Assembly (NCBI RefSeq): GCF_036321535.1
Contig: NC_087436.1
Span: forward strand, 89,220,001-89,284,000
DNA: 64,000 bases
Source: Camelus dromedarius
Taxonomy: Eukaryota
Direction of reading: 5' to 3'
Within the stretch, counting starts at the first letter, position 1, and each line of letters opens with the position of its first letter. The notes below the pieces were generated by a model. That model was not told where the DNA came from, ran no database searches, and worked only from the letters and a program-made list of their open reading frames with translations. Below are positions 52,876 to 64,000 of the stretch, piece by piece. The position numbers were made by a program, and so were the translations under genes.

Positions 52876-55800
52876 ATTTATGCTGATCAACATCCATTTC
52901 AGAATCTCATTAAACAATAATTATACATATCTTAAAAACCCAAGAAAACCTCAAACAATCATCTAGCCCTGATTTCAAAAATGGGAGGTATTATTAGAAA
53001 TCTTAAGACTCAGAGATGTTAAATAACTGGGAAAAAAAGGGGGAGGCACATTTGATTTTATTTATTAACTAAGAGAGCAAGGAGAGAGAAGGGGAACATA
53101 TTTACTTCTATGGAGACAATTCTCTATCAAACACAATGACAATTATCAATAAAGTAACATGAGACTAAATGTAGATGCTGGCAACAGGTAGTACTTCTTA
53201 CAAGGATAGGAGAACAAAGCAAAACAAAACAAAAGAACCCCACACAACCTGCATCTCATGAAAACAAAGTTTACTGAAAAATCGCCTGATAAATAAACCA
53301 ATTTAGGTTGTAATTGAAATGAACCACACAACATCTGTTTCTAATGGAACCTCCTGTTTAAATGTGTTTTATGTATCAGTGTCACCATTAAGTAGATTCT
53401 GCAGCAGAAATTCATCATTGTATCTCCAGAATCTTTTATCTTAACATCATCTGCTATCATGTTAACTATCAATACACATATATATTGTGCTTAGTCCTTT
53501 AGCCATGTTTTGTTACAATATCTTTAAAATACATGCATTCTCATTTTCCCAAAGCCCATGTTCTTATTTATTATTGATTTTCTTTCACCAACGGTAGCCT
53601 GTGCTATGCCTTAGAGAACATAATCTTCTTTTACCTTTGTCTCATCCTAAATAGCCCCATTTGGTTTATCGATCTGTATAGTTCAGAGTTTTTGTCAATC
53701 TTGTGTTGTGCTCTGAACAATTTTGGAATGAACCAATCTTGTGGGTGAACAAAAACATTGAGAGTTATGGGTTCCTATCAGTGAGAGTCACCTAAGGAAA
53801 TCACATGGGCGTGTATGACACTGACATGACAACTGGAGTGTGAACTTGTGTTCCAATGCAGTGAACAGCGGGAGGCTCTCACTATATAAAACAGACTGTA
53901 CCCATCTAAGAATTTCAGCATTTGTAATCTAATATCTACTTTAGAAGCTGTAAAGATTCCTTTTCTTTAAATTTTTTCCCATACAATGAATCCAATTCCT
54001 TAAAATAGACGTGATAAAATTTGTGTTTCATACAATGACTAATTAAAGGCCATATATTTCAGAATCTAAATAATCAGAAGCTCAAACAATTCAAGTGGTG
54101 GCCATGGTAAGATATATTGAAAGGTTAGGCCTGAAACAGGGAAAGCTTTCTAGAAACCTCCAAGTCAAAAGATCTTTGGGTATTAGAATGACTAATTCAT
54201 TCTGCCAACATTTAATGATTGTTTACTAGATTTAAAGAATTGCATTATGCCAGATGCTGAGGAGAAAACGTCAAGTAATGTGTTTTCCCTCCCAGCCTCA
54301 AGGAACTCATGGGCCAGGAGGTGAGACTGAGCATTGTTTATTTCCAAGCTGTCCCACTGTCTTCTGTGGGCTTCTCAGTCCTTCCGTTACCTTTGTAACC
54401 AGCTCCCTGCATGAAATACACAAATTTCTCCCTCAAATACTCAGAGAACTTGGGGTACTTTTCTTCTTTGCAGCTGCAGTTTCTGAGAGATAATAAAAGC
54501 ATATGGAGTTCAAAAAAAAAACTTACTCTTTAAGAATGGATTAATAGTTAATTTCCACAAAGTATTAATAGACATGTTTTGAATTATATCAAATGAAATT
54601 TCATTGATAGTTCCAGTAATAACTTGTCATTTTGGAAGTACAAGCCTATTTATGTTAAAGCTTTAAAAAGAGATCTCTATTCAGAGAAAATAGATCATTT
54701 ACAAGTTAGTCAATATTCAAAATTATCAATAAAATATTAGCTTGATGATTAATTTATCATGAGAATGATTCATAAACCACTCACATTTAAAATCACATAA
54801 TTAATTATCTATGACACACTAAGTTTTTTCAAAGTTCCTTAGTTCCAGAGATTCATAGAAAATTTCTGTTTCCATTTTCCCCACTACCTGAATAAGAGCA
54901 GAAATAAAATCAGACGCATGGAGGACCTAGTGCAACATCCAGAATGGGGTGGTTTTGGCTGATACTCCTGAGTTGGACTATGAATAAATGACCAGGATGG
55001 TAATCAACATGTGGTATGCATGGCAATTCAAAAAAACCAAGCTATGAAGCAAGTTAAACTGGGAAAGAATATGAGAATCAGAATTAAACCAAGATTCTAT
55101 CAAAACACACACTACTTAGAAGCGATTTAAAAAAAAAAAAAAAAAGATCTGTGCTCATTTTCTAGCCCAGGAAGGCACTTTTCTCTTGTGGTTTGTGATT
55201 TCATAATGTGCATAGACCTTAAAAGGAAGCAATCAATAGCAAACATTCTAGGTCTGGCACTGTTTTTGTTGGCGGAGAATGAGATCTTAGGAACTCTTAA
55301 TTTAAGACTAATAGGGTGGAATAAGAGGGATTGTTATGGGCTATAGTAATAGCTCTCTCTCAAGAATCAAGTATTTCTAATATCTCTTATTGCTTTAACT
55401 TACTTTCCCAGGAAGGAACCCTTAGGACACTCTCAGAAACCTTATTATGTTCAGACCTCCTAACAGAAAGATGGATTTCCATCCAATTATCATCCTAAAG
55501 AGACTGTCATAACAAACTCTGGGGAGTCCCTGGGAAACTCTCAAAATAGAATAGGTAGCAGATAAAATGCCCAGATGTCAGCTTTATCATGTTCACTCTC
55601 CTCTTGTTCCATCTTCTGTTTTCTGTACCATCTTTTTTTTGTTGTTTGCTTGTTTTAATTTTCCATTCAGAGATCATCATCATCAACATCATCAGTATTT
55701 TTCTATCTACTTTAAAATAAATAATGTCATTCTATATATGCTACTTTTTATCATAAGCATTGCTATCTTTTCCCACTGATATTTATTTGTTTATTTGTTT

Positions 55801-55879
55801 GTCTATTTGTTTTTGTTTCTCAATCTCTCTCCCTTCATTCTACTTTCTTTCACTAACTAACTAGTAAGTTGGGAAGCAA

Positions 55880-56200
55880 CCTTTTATTTAGTTGCTTATA
55901 CTTATGCAACTATGTAGGAATATATACACAAAATCTGGAACTTTTGTCATTGTTTAAGAAATAGCATTATGTTATATTCACTTCTGTGAATCTTTCTATT
56001 TTTAATGACAGCCCAGAAATTCCTCCGAATCAATGGGTAGAGATACGACTCATTCCATTTAATGGCTACACAATATACTACCACATGGAAATTAATCATT
56101 ACTCTATTAATGGTCATTGAAGTTGTTTCAGGTTCTTTTACAACTTAAAAGTAATGCTGCAATAAATCTCTTTTCTTCTCTTTCATAGATAGATAGATAC
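55880..56200 (-). mobile_element. Old L1 (L1ME-like) ORF2 end fragment
   Basis: ctcattccatttaatggctacacaata...ggtcattgaagttgtttc...aatgctgcaataaa is a reverse L1 ORF2 C-terminal motif. Confidence 0.7.
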
Positions 56201-57144
56201 AGAGAGATATAAATACCAAAAGTACTGGTGTTTTATGGCATCTTTCTCATTGTATGATGCCATGCTCTTGAGCTTAATATGACTAAGTTGCTAAAGTAAA
56301 TAAAAATGCAACCACAGGCACTCAATATTTAGAAAATGTTTGGTACAATCATTTTCTAAATATTGAACAAAATTTAAACTCTTAAAAGGACCAACTAAGA
56401 CCTTAAATTCAGGTTGACAGAACCAAAGAGCTCCAAATATATCCATATTGGCTACTTTCAGTGGCTTAAACTCATTGAGCATCTGTTCAAACTTCTACTA
56501 ATCTTGAGTGGCTCTGGCTAAAAAGTGACTTGGCACATGGTGCTGCAGAGAAGGACCTTGACAACCTTATACCATGTAATGACAAAAACCAAAAACCTTT
56601 AAGAATTCCTTTGGCAGTGTAGAAAAAAATGGTTTGTGAATTCTAAAGCTAATAATTCTAACAAGACTGATTTTCCTCTGATACAGCTTCACAGCCATCC
56701 TTGGAACTATACCAGACGTGTATCGCTTAGAAGATTTGCATTAAGAATATAGACCAGACCCAACTAGGAACATTACCTCCAGGCTAACACCATGCTAAAA
56801 CAATCTGAGCTATCAACTAAGTCTTTGGCTAAAAGAGAACTGAGGAAATTGAAATCTAGTTAAAGATTCATTGTTCATTAGTCCTGGGATCTTTAAGCAA
56901 ATTCATCAGCTAGTTTGATAATCTCCTTACCTATGTGATGGGCAGGGAAATTGTCAATAAGGTCACTGAAATAATGAACTGGAATAGTGTACATAATAGT
57001 CCTAAAAATTGTAAAAAATATAATTGAATAAATAGGGAAAATCAAGTAGCTTAAAGCATATTATAGAATAATGCAATGCCTAATATGTATTTTCTTTTTT
57101 TTAACTAAATTATTAATTTTTTCCCTGCTAAATACTGAATAGTA

Positions 57145-57377
57145 AGAGCTATTACTGAATGTTTAGCTGTATGACTGGCACTTTACTAGGTGCTTTTTAC
57201 ATGTTGCATTGTTTAAACCTCACAACAGCTCTATGAAGGTGAGATTAATATTCTATTTTTATAGATGAGTCTCTGAATTTAGGGGATGATGCTCAAAGTG
57301 ACTCTGCTAGAAAAAGTTGAAGCTGCAATTTGAACCTGAGTCTGACTTTAAATTCCTAGTTCTTCCCACTGTACCAC
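57145..57377 (-). mobile_element. MIR
   Basis: ctcacaacagctctatgaaggt...tttttatagatgag...tttgaacctgagtctgact. Confidence 0.75.
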
Positions 57378-57387
57378 ATAACAAGCA

Positions 57388-57501
57388 TCAGAAATTGACA
57401 CAACATTGTAAACTGACTATACTTCAATAAAAATAGATATTAAAAATAAATAAAATAAATAAATACAATCTTGTTAATCAAAAAAAACCCAAAAAACAAC
57501 A
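57388..57501 (+). mobile_element. Very short young L1 3' end with a double A-rich tail
   Basis: cagaaattgacacaacattgtaaactgactatacttcaataaa; 10-bp TSD ataacaagca at 57378-57387 and 57502-57511. Confidence 0.88.
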
Positions 57502-58199
57502 ATAACAAGCAACGGCTTAAGCATGTATCATAAGCACAAAAGATTTTCCTCCCAGAACAAGACTTTTATCTCTTGCCTAAGGCTGACTTCTGCCGTGCTT
57601 TTTTAGGGATGCCGATTAATCATTAACATTCAGTTCTAATGTAGACTTCCCAGCCGTCTCTGATGTTTTATCCATGAACTCCCCTTCATCAGCTGCTGAC
57701 GGTAATGAACACGGCTGCCATGCTCTTATCTGTGCGCTGTTGACATCCCCACGGAATGCTCAGCACAGTCGATTGTTCATCACTGCCCTGGATGATTTTT
57801 CAGATGTTAGCTAAGGGAAAGGCAACATTTTTGTTCCATAATAATCCTCCAGGAGTACAGAAAGTAGAGTAATTTTCTTTTGGTGGGATGGTTTTCACAT
57901 TCAAAATCCTGCCAAAGTATTTTACCATTTTCAAATAAAAGCCTCCTTAGTCATGAGTTATGGTTGCAACTATATTTCCCTTGTTAGAAATTATTTCTAA
58001 GTGATAGTAAGACGAAAGGCAAACACAGTAAGTATCTACAGGTTAAGGATCTTTTAATTTAGACTGTGTGTGCATGACAATACTCTAGAAATGGGTGAGC
58101 ATAAACTGGTTGAGGTTAGGGGCTACAATGGTTTATGCCTATGCCTTTAGCGCCAAGATGATAGAGTGCTGAATGAAGGAACCATCCATGGCCCAAGGC

Positions 58200-59645
58200 A
58201 GAATCATGGCCACCCTCACTTAAATCTGGTCCTCCACCTCCATCCTTATTCTCAGTGAACAGTACAGTCACCTACCCTGTGGATCAAATCAGAAACTAGG
58301 ATTCTTGACTCTTCTCTTTCTCACTGTCCACATAAAATAAATCAATAAAACCTGGATTTTTATTTTATAAAAATATCTCTTTATTCTGCTTACAGTTGCT
58401 AATGAGACAGAAGGGAAGGGGGCAGGACACAGCCATTAAAAGAATGACACAGCAATCAGCACCAAGGTGGCAGAAAAGTCAATTCCCAGTAGACCCTGAG
58501 GCCCATGATGGCGGGAGGTTGGAGCTCCAGTGGACCCTGAGCCACATTATACCCAGTTTAATGTACTAGCATGCTGAATGACACACCCACGAGCACCATA
58601 ACAGTTCCGAAGTTGAGCATGAAAGGTCAAAGGAGGGTGGTGGCCCAATTCCTGGCAATCCCCGCCCCTTCCTCAAAGTAGTTGGGATAATACTCACTTG
58701 TTAGTGTATAAAAACTAGCAACACTGCACCTCGTGGTTGCTCTTTTTACTTTACCCTTTACTGTAATAACCCTTTTGCCCCATTCTGGTGTACATCTCTA
58801 AATAAATCTACTTTTACTCAACTGCAGCTTGTTCTTGAATTCTTTCCTGTGTGAAGCCAAGGAGCCTCACTTGGTGAGGCATGTCCCAGGGACTTGACTG
58901 AGACCTGGGACACGGCCATCCTCGCGACCACCTCCCCTACCCTTTTTCCTGTATCATTCTGACCCAGTTTGCCCTTTATCTTTTCTCACCTGATTTACTG
59001 CAGTAGGCTCCTAACTAGTCATTTGCTTATATTTATTTATTTTTTTGCCCTTCTCTAATTCATTTGTTGTATGACAGGTAAAATGGTATTTCAAATTCAA
59101 TTTTTTAAATCACAATTATGATCATGTTGCTCCCAAGGTCGAACTTTAATGGCTCCTCAATGTTACAAGCACAAAAAATACAAATTCCCTAAGTGCAAAT
59201 GACACACCTCCTCTGTTCCTCACTCTCCAGCCACACTTCTTACCTGCTTCCTCTTTATCATCCAACCACCTGGTCTTCTCTCAGTTCCTCAAACACATGC
59301 TGTTTCCTCTTGCTATGGAGTCTTCTGGGCCTGGCACACTCACTCTTACTCTCTGGATGCTTTGCCTGGCTGTCCCCAACTGACAGAGGCCTCAGATCAG
59401 AAGCCTAATGACACGTCTTCCTCCTTAGTCAGGAGCCAGAAAGTCTGAGTTGGGCCCCTCCTGTCTGCTCCTGAAGACCCTTCTTATCGCAGCCTGCGTC
59501 ATTCTACAAGGAAATTGATTGGGTGCCGGTCTATTTCCTCCACTAGACTGTGAGCTCCATGGGGACATCTCTATCTGGTTATTCACCAGGGCTGCCTACA
59601 GGGTCTGCAGTCTAGTCGGTGCCCCAAAACTAATGAATCAATAAA
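58200..59645 (+). mobile_element. LINE-2 3' region interrupted by a solo LTR
   Basis: ttcttgactcttctctttctcac; ctcacctgatttactgcagtaggctcctaact; ccactagactgtgagctccat are L2 motifs. Confidence 0.75.
58403..58956 (+). mobile_element. ERV1-like solo LTR
   Basis: TG...CA with an imperfect terminal inverted repeat (tgagacagaa / tcctgtatca), internal direct repeat ccagt(a/g)gaccctgag (58486-58500, 58527-58541), gtataaaa at 58706-58713, AATAAA at 58801-58806; no clean TSD visible. Confidence 0.8.
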
Positions 59646-61596
59646 TGATTAGATTGAGGAAAAATCCTGAGGCAGGCAACTGAGTTAAAAAAAAAACAAT
59701 TAAAATTTGTAATTGGGATGAAATATACCTATGAGACTGAATGCGGTCAGAAAAAGTAGAGGTAGTATAATGGGAGGAGCAGAGAAAAAATATTGAAAGG
59801 AAAGAGAATGGATTTAAACTGGTTGCTATGGGTATGGGGGATAAAGAAAAAACAGTAAGCACTAGAGAAGTATCAGAATTTAGGGAAAATGTGATGTATT
59901 TGTGTTGGATATTACCTTAAAGTGCTTGAAGTAGAGATAAAATATTAGCTGATATAAAGCCATGGAAGAAATAACTCAGTAGAGATATTGAGGGTAAAGA
60001 TATTAAAGATACAAATTAATGAGTCCTCATCAACACTATGGCTATGAGATTAAATGAAGTTATCAAAGTAAATTTATAGATTGAGGCAAGAGAGGGGCCT
60101 AACACAGAAGCTTAGGGCATATCAGTCTTCCTTCTTCCACTGGCCAAGGGCCAAAATGCCCTCACATTGTGTGAATACAAGGCAATGGATCTGTTACCAC
60201 TCAAGGGTGAGGTTGGGTACTTGTGACTATGAAGTCTTAAGTATCAAAATCTGTAGATAAACTCCATGGAAATGAACTTTCAATCTTTAGCTGAGAAAAT
60301 TGTTCTCCCTTGTAAAGTACAAGATGTGAATAAATGAAGAGACTCACTTTTTAAACTATATTATTTTATTTTAGTGTGCCTCATCCACTCGGTAGGAGAC
60401 ATGCTTGTTTCACAGTTAGGCATCAGCAACAAAAATGACCCAGAAGAAGCAATTGCCTTGAATAATTTACTACCAGCCAATCAACTTTCTAATTAAATTG
60501 TGGCATCACACCCCAATACATTCATTGTAAGGATATTTAAAAGGTATTAATTTAGTCACATTCTAAGCTTTATATTATTAAAAAATTTAATACATTATGT
60601 TAGAAAACTTGAGTTGCTAATGAGAATGAATCTGAGGCACTGAGGAAGTGGGTTTTAGACCTATGGATAATCTTTGGCAAGTCAAATTCTCAGACAGGGA
60701 GCTCTTACATCTGGTAAAATGAGTAGGTTGTCCAAATTAACGATCCTCACACTCAATGTGTATATTTACCACTATGACTGCTTGGACTGCTGAATATGAT
60801 TCTGAGGCACACAGTCCTGAAATCTACACTTTTTGATAGATGCTTTCAAGGAGATTATTACGCTATTAATTCTCAGATCTTAATTTGAGAAACAGCGCCC
60901 AGGGTATATACCCTCAGGGTTCTTGAAAAGCCTAAACGAGCAATGTCTATATTTTCCTTAGTCTTACAAAATCTGTTCCTGTCTCCATTTACGTCATTTC
61001 CTATTTGATCATTTTCCTTTTGTACTCTGTTTCCACTATGCAAATGGAATGTAAACCTGGAAATTTCTCTTAGTGTTGCCTATAAACACATTTTCATGAA
61101 TACTAAAGGAGCAAAGAGGGAGTGAGAGAGAAAGAGGGAGAGTTCTATTATCTTTACTTTCTGGTACTGTGTGTTTTCCTGTCCCTTCAACTTACTTCTG
61201 TCTTTGCACATTTGTTTTTAAAGCATGTAACTTGGAAGCCTACTGGCAATTGAATCCCCAGCTCAGATGTGAGTGGAAATCAAGGATCAGCAAGTGGTGT
61301 GGCCACTAAAGTGGTATCTGCAAACATAATGCAGAATTTTACTTCTGAAGAGCAGCTTGAGTTCCCTTCAATTCTCCCCACCTCCTCAGAGCCATTTCTC
61401 CAGCCTGAACATGGGGAAGACCGAAGGACAAGAGAGGTCTTGTCTAAAAACATCATAGAAAGCCTCAGGGAGGGGGAGAAAAAAGGCTCTGCTGATGTAT
61501 TTTCTCATCTGCATGAAGCAATGTGTATTTTGGTACAGTGTTAAAAATCCTCAAGCAATTTCTCTCATGTCACAAGTTTAAGGAGTTCTCTATGAA

Positions 61597-61628
61597 TGAG
61601 TCAGCCTGGGAGTTGCCATAGTAACAAT
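61597..61628. promoter_or_regulatory. Candidate enhancer core: AP-1 site, RFX X-box and SOX motif
   Basis: TGAGTCA at 61597-61603, GTTGCCATAGTAAC at 61612-61625, AACAAT at 61623-61628, in apparently non-repetitive sequence. Motif match only. Confidence 0.4.
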
Positions 61629-62609
61629 TCTTATCCCTTTGGAATCAGTCCCCTTCTGATGTTGCCACTGAAATACCTTAGTTTCGGGAGGATCTGAAGT
61701 TCCCGTTGCATTTAAATATTCATTATGTTATGTATGCGTTCCCTGATTTTGCAGGATTACCTGACTAGAGATCATTTTTAGAGATCTATAAATAGACATG
61801 CTACATCATGCTCATTTCTTCTGCAAAAGATGAAAGACAAGTCCATAAAAATCCTTCCTGTGCTCACAGCACATTTTTTCCTCTCTTTCTCCATCCCCTT
61901 TTCCCCTTTTCTTGGGTATAAGCATGTGCATGTATGTGTGTCATCAGTGGCCTTAATATTTGAAATATTTGAAGAGGACACTCTGGACAGCAGTCATGAG
62001 CCCCAGTTTCCAGGGGAGTGGTGGAAAACACTAGCCAGCTTGCCACACTGCAACTGCATATGAAGGCAAAGGATGCTGTAGTTCAGTGTGGAGTCACCAC
62101 GGACAGCACTTGTGTGTTTCCTGATTCACATCCTGGGGAAGATCTGCTTGGCAGAAGAAAATTGCTTATAGTTGCCATACCGCCAAAAAGAGAAGTCCAG
62201 ACTCTTCTTTGACAAGCAAGGTTCTCTACTACAGCATTTATCCATCTACTTATTATGGTCATGATTTGGCTTCTTACCTGCCTCCCTGCTCTGTGCTTTT
62301 GAAGGTGTGGCCCATGTCTCATTCATCTTGGTAGGCCCACAGTGTCTAGCACATAGACACTAGTGGATGTTTACTAGATTTAAATATATTGATATGAACT
62401 GAATAAATAATGATCACTCAGGAAAACAGCCAACCAAGGAGCTTTGGTGTTCTGGTTGTTCATGACATGATAGAAGAGTCATAATGCATCTAGGCTGGTC
62501 TCCTAAGACGAAGTATCATTACCTTACTTCTGAGTTAAGCATGATGTGCTGTTAGCCGTGCTAGTTTCTTTAAAATCCATTGCTGAGCTGCACTTTTAGA
62601 AACTACAGA

Positions 62610-62820
62610 CATGTGGTATCACAATTAGAGTACAGGGTTTGGAGCCGAATAGATCCAAATGCAGTTCCAGCTTTGTTTCTTACCAGATCCGTTGCCAATT
62701 CACTTAATCTTTCCGAGGTCCAGTTTCCTTACCATTAGATTGAAGTTAATCGAGATATAAGATAAAAGGCTTAAGACAGCACTTAGTATACAATTATGTA
62801 CTCAACAAACAGTAACTACT
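62610..62820 (+). mobile_element. MIR
   Basis: agagtacagggtttggagcc...tcacttaatctttccgaggtccagtttcctt...tactcaacaaacagtaactact. Confidence 0.7.
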
Positions 62821-64000
62821 GCAGGTATGACTTCGGGATACCCCAAGAGGATGCTTTATTTCAATTGTTCTCACGACACCACTGGGCACCCCACTGTGAT
62901 TGTTATGCTGCAGGTAAAATAGTTCTATAAGGGTGACCCGTGTCCACGGACATTAGTTTTTATACATATTTGACCAAATTCTGGTCACATGACTTCCCCA
63001 GACTAGCCACAGGTCTGATGCAAAGAAAGGACTTAAAAGGACTTAGACTGGGCAGTAAGCTGTGAATTGTCCTTGCATATTCATTCTGCACATTACGTGT
63101 GCTCTGTACTGCATAGAGAATCCCTCTTGAGTTGGAAGATTAAGGCACACAGAAAGGGGACATTGTTAGCAGCCTGGAGCAGAAACAAAGACACACAGAG
63201 AGGAAGCAGTATTGAGGAAAAGAAAAAGGAAGGAGGCTAGCAAGAATTGCTGATGAAAGCAGGGGGACCAGAAGTGCTTACAGATAAAGCAAAAGCAACA
63301 AGCAACTGAGTCACTTGAATGGCATTGCTGGGGATCTCGGGAGCCAATCATGGATACTCAGCTGGGTCCGATTTCCCAGTGAAGCCCAATTATGTGGGTA
63401 CTGAGTGTTACCAGTTCTTAGAACTCCTCCAGGTATCATCAACTCAAATAACAGGAACCCAACTCTTTCTTTACAACCTGAAATTGCCTAGCTTAGGATC
63501 TCAATCTTTTTGATTTAGATGTGTCTACTGACTGAAACTTACCCAAAGGCAATCACTTGTTCATCTGCGAGCTATTTTTGAATAGTTACTATGTGCCAGA
63601 CATTCTGCGAAGCACTGGAACCCCAGGGGAGATACTCTCTATGCTACTGCTATGTCTTCGCATTAAACGTGGTATATCACACTCCATTTATCTATTTACA
63701 TGTCTGTCTGTGGCCCTGCCTTGGCTCTGCCTTTCAGGAAAGCAGCGTTTATGTGTTTTCTTTTACCATGTCATGCGCAACGTACAGAATATAACAGGTA
63801 CTCCTTAACAATCTTGGATGTTTGCATTGATGAATAAACTGATCAGTTAGTGCTAAGAGTGATTTCTTGGTGACACTGAAATAATTTTTTGAACACAGCA
63901 TATAATATAGAGATCTATCTTATTTCTAGCTATGAAGTTGTGACCATGCACCCCTCCCCTGCCACCCAAGTTTACATTAATTAATTTGGCATATAAATAA

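Noticed and set aside
58456..58472. RE1 left half-site tcagcacca in the LTR
   Set aside because: The right half (GGACAG) is missing.
63026..63045. 10-bp tandem duplication aaaggactta x2 (a similar one at about 39544-39567)
   Set aside because: Ordinary slippage-type micro-duplications with no sign of function.

Overview
Mammalian genomic DNA (AT-rich, CpG-depleted, dense in repeats), most likely from a camelid, because it carries three tRNA-derived SINEs of the Vic-1 type and I see no BovB, Bov-tA or PRE-1 elements. The only protein-coding sequence I can support is one 221-bp internal exon on the minus strand (46521-46741). It encodes part of the extracellular domain of the GABA-A receptor beta-1 subunit (GABRB1, exon 4 by the usual numbering). 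Everything else lies in the two very long flanking introns: young 5'-truncated L1 insertions with target-site duplications (three of them 5'-inverted), solo LTRs (MLT1, MER41-like, other ERV1-like), DNA transposon fossils (MER20, MER5, MER53), L2, MIR and microsatellites. All other ORFs in the track look spurious. I found no convincing new multi-gene system. The best leads are: a perfect-consensus donor 195 nt downstream of the weak real donor, with an RBFOX motif and U/G-rich tract between them; a short polyadenylated LTR fragment retroposed into an L1; an AP-1/RFX/SOX motif cluster; a split RE1-like site; and a 48-bp perfect palindrome. Repeat family names come from recalled consensus sequences, not database searches.
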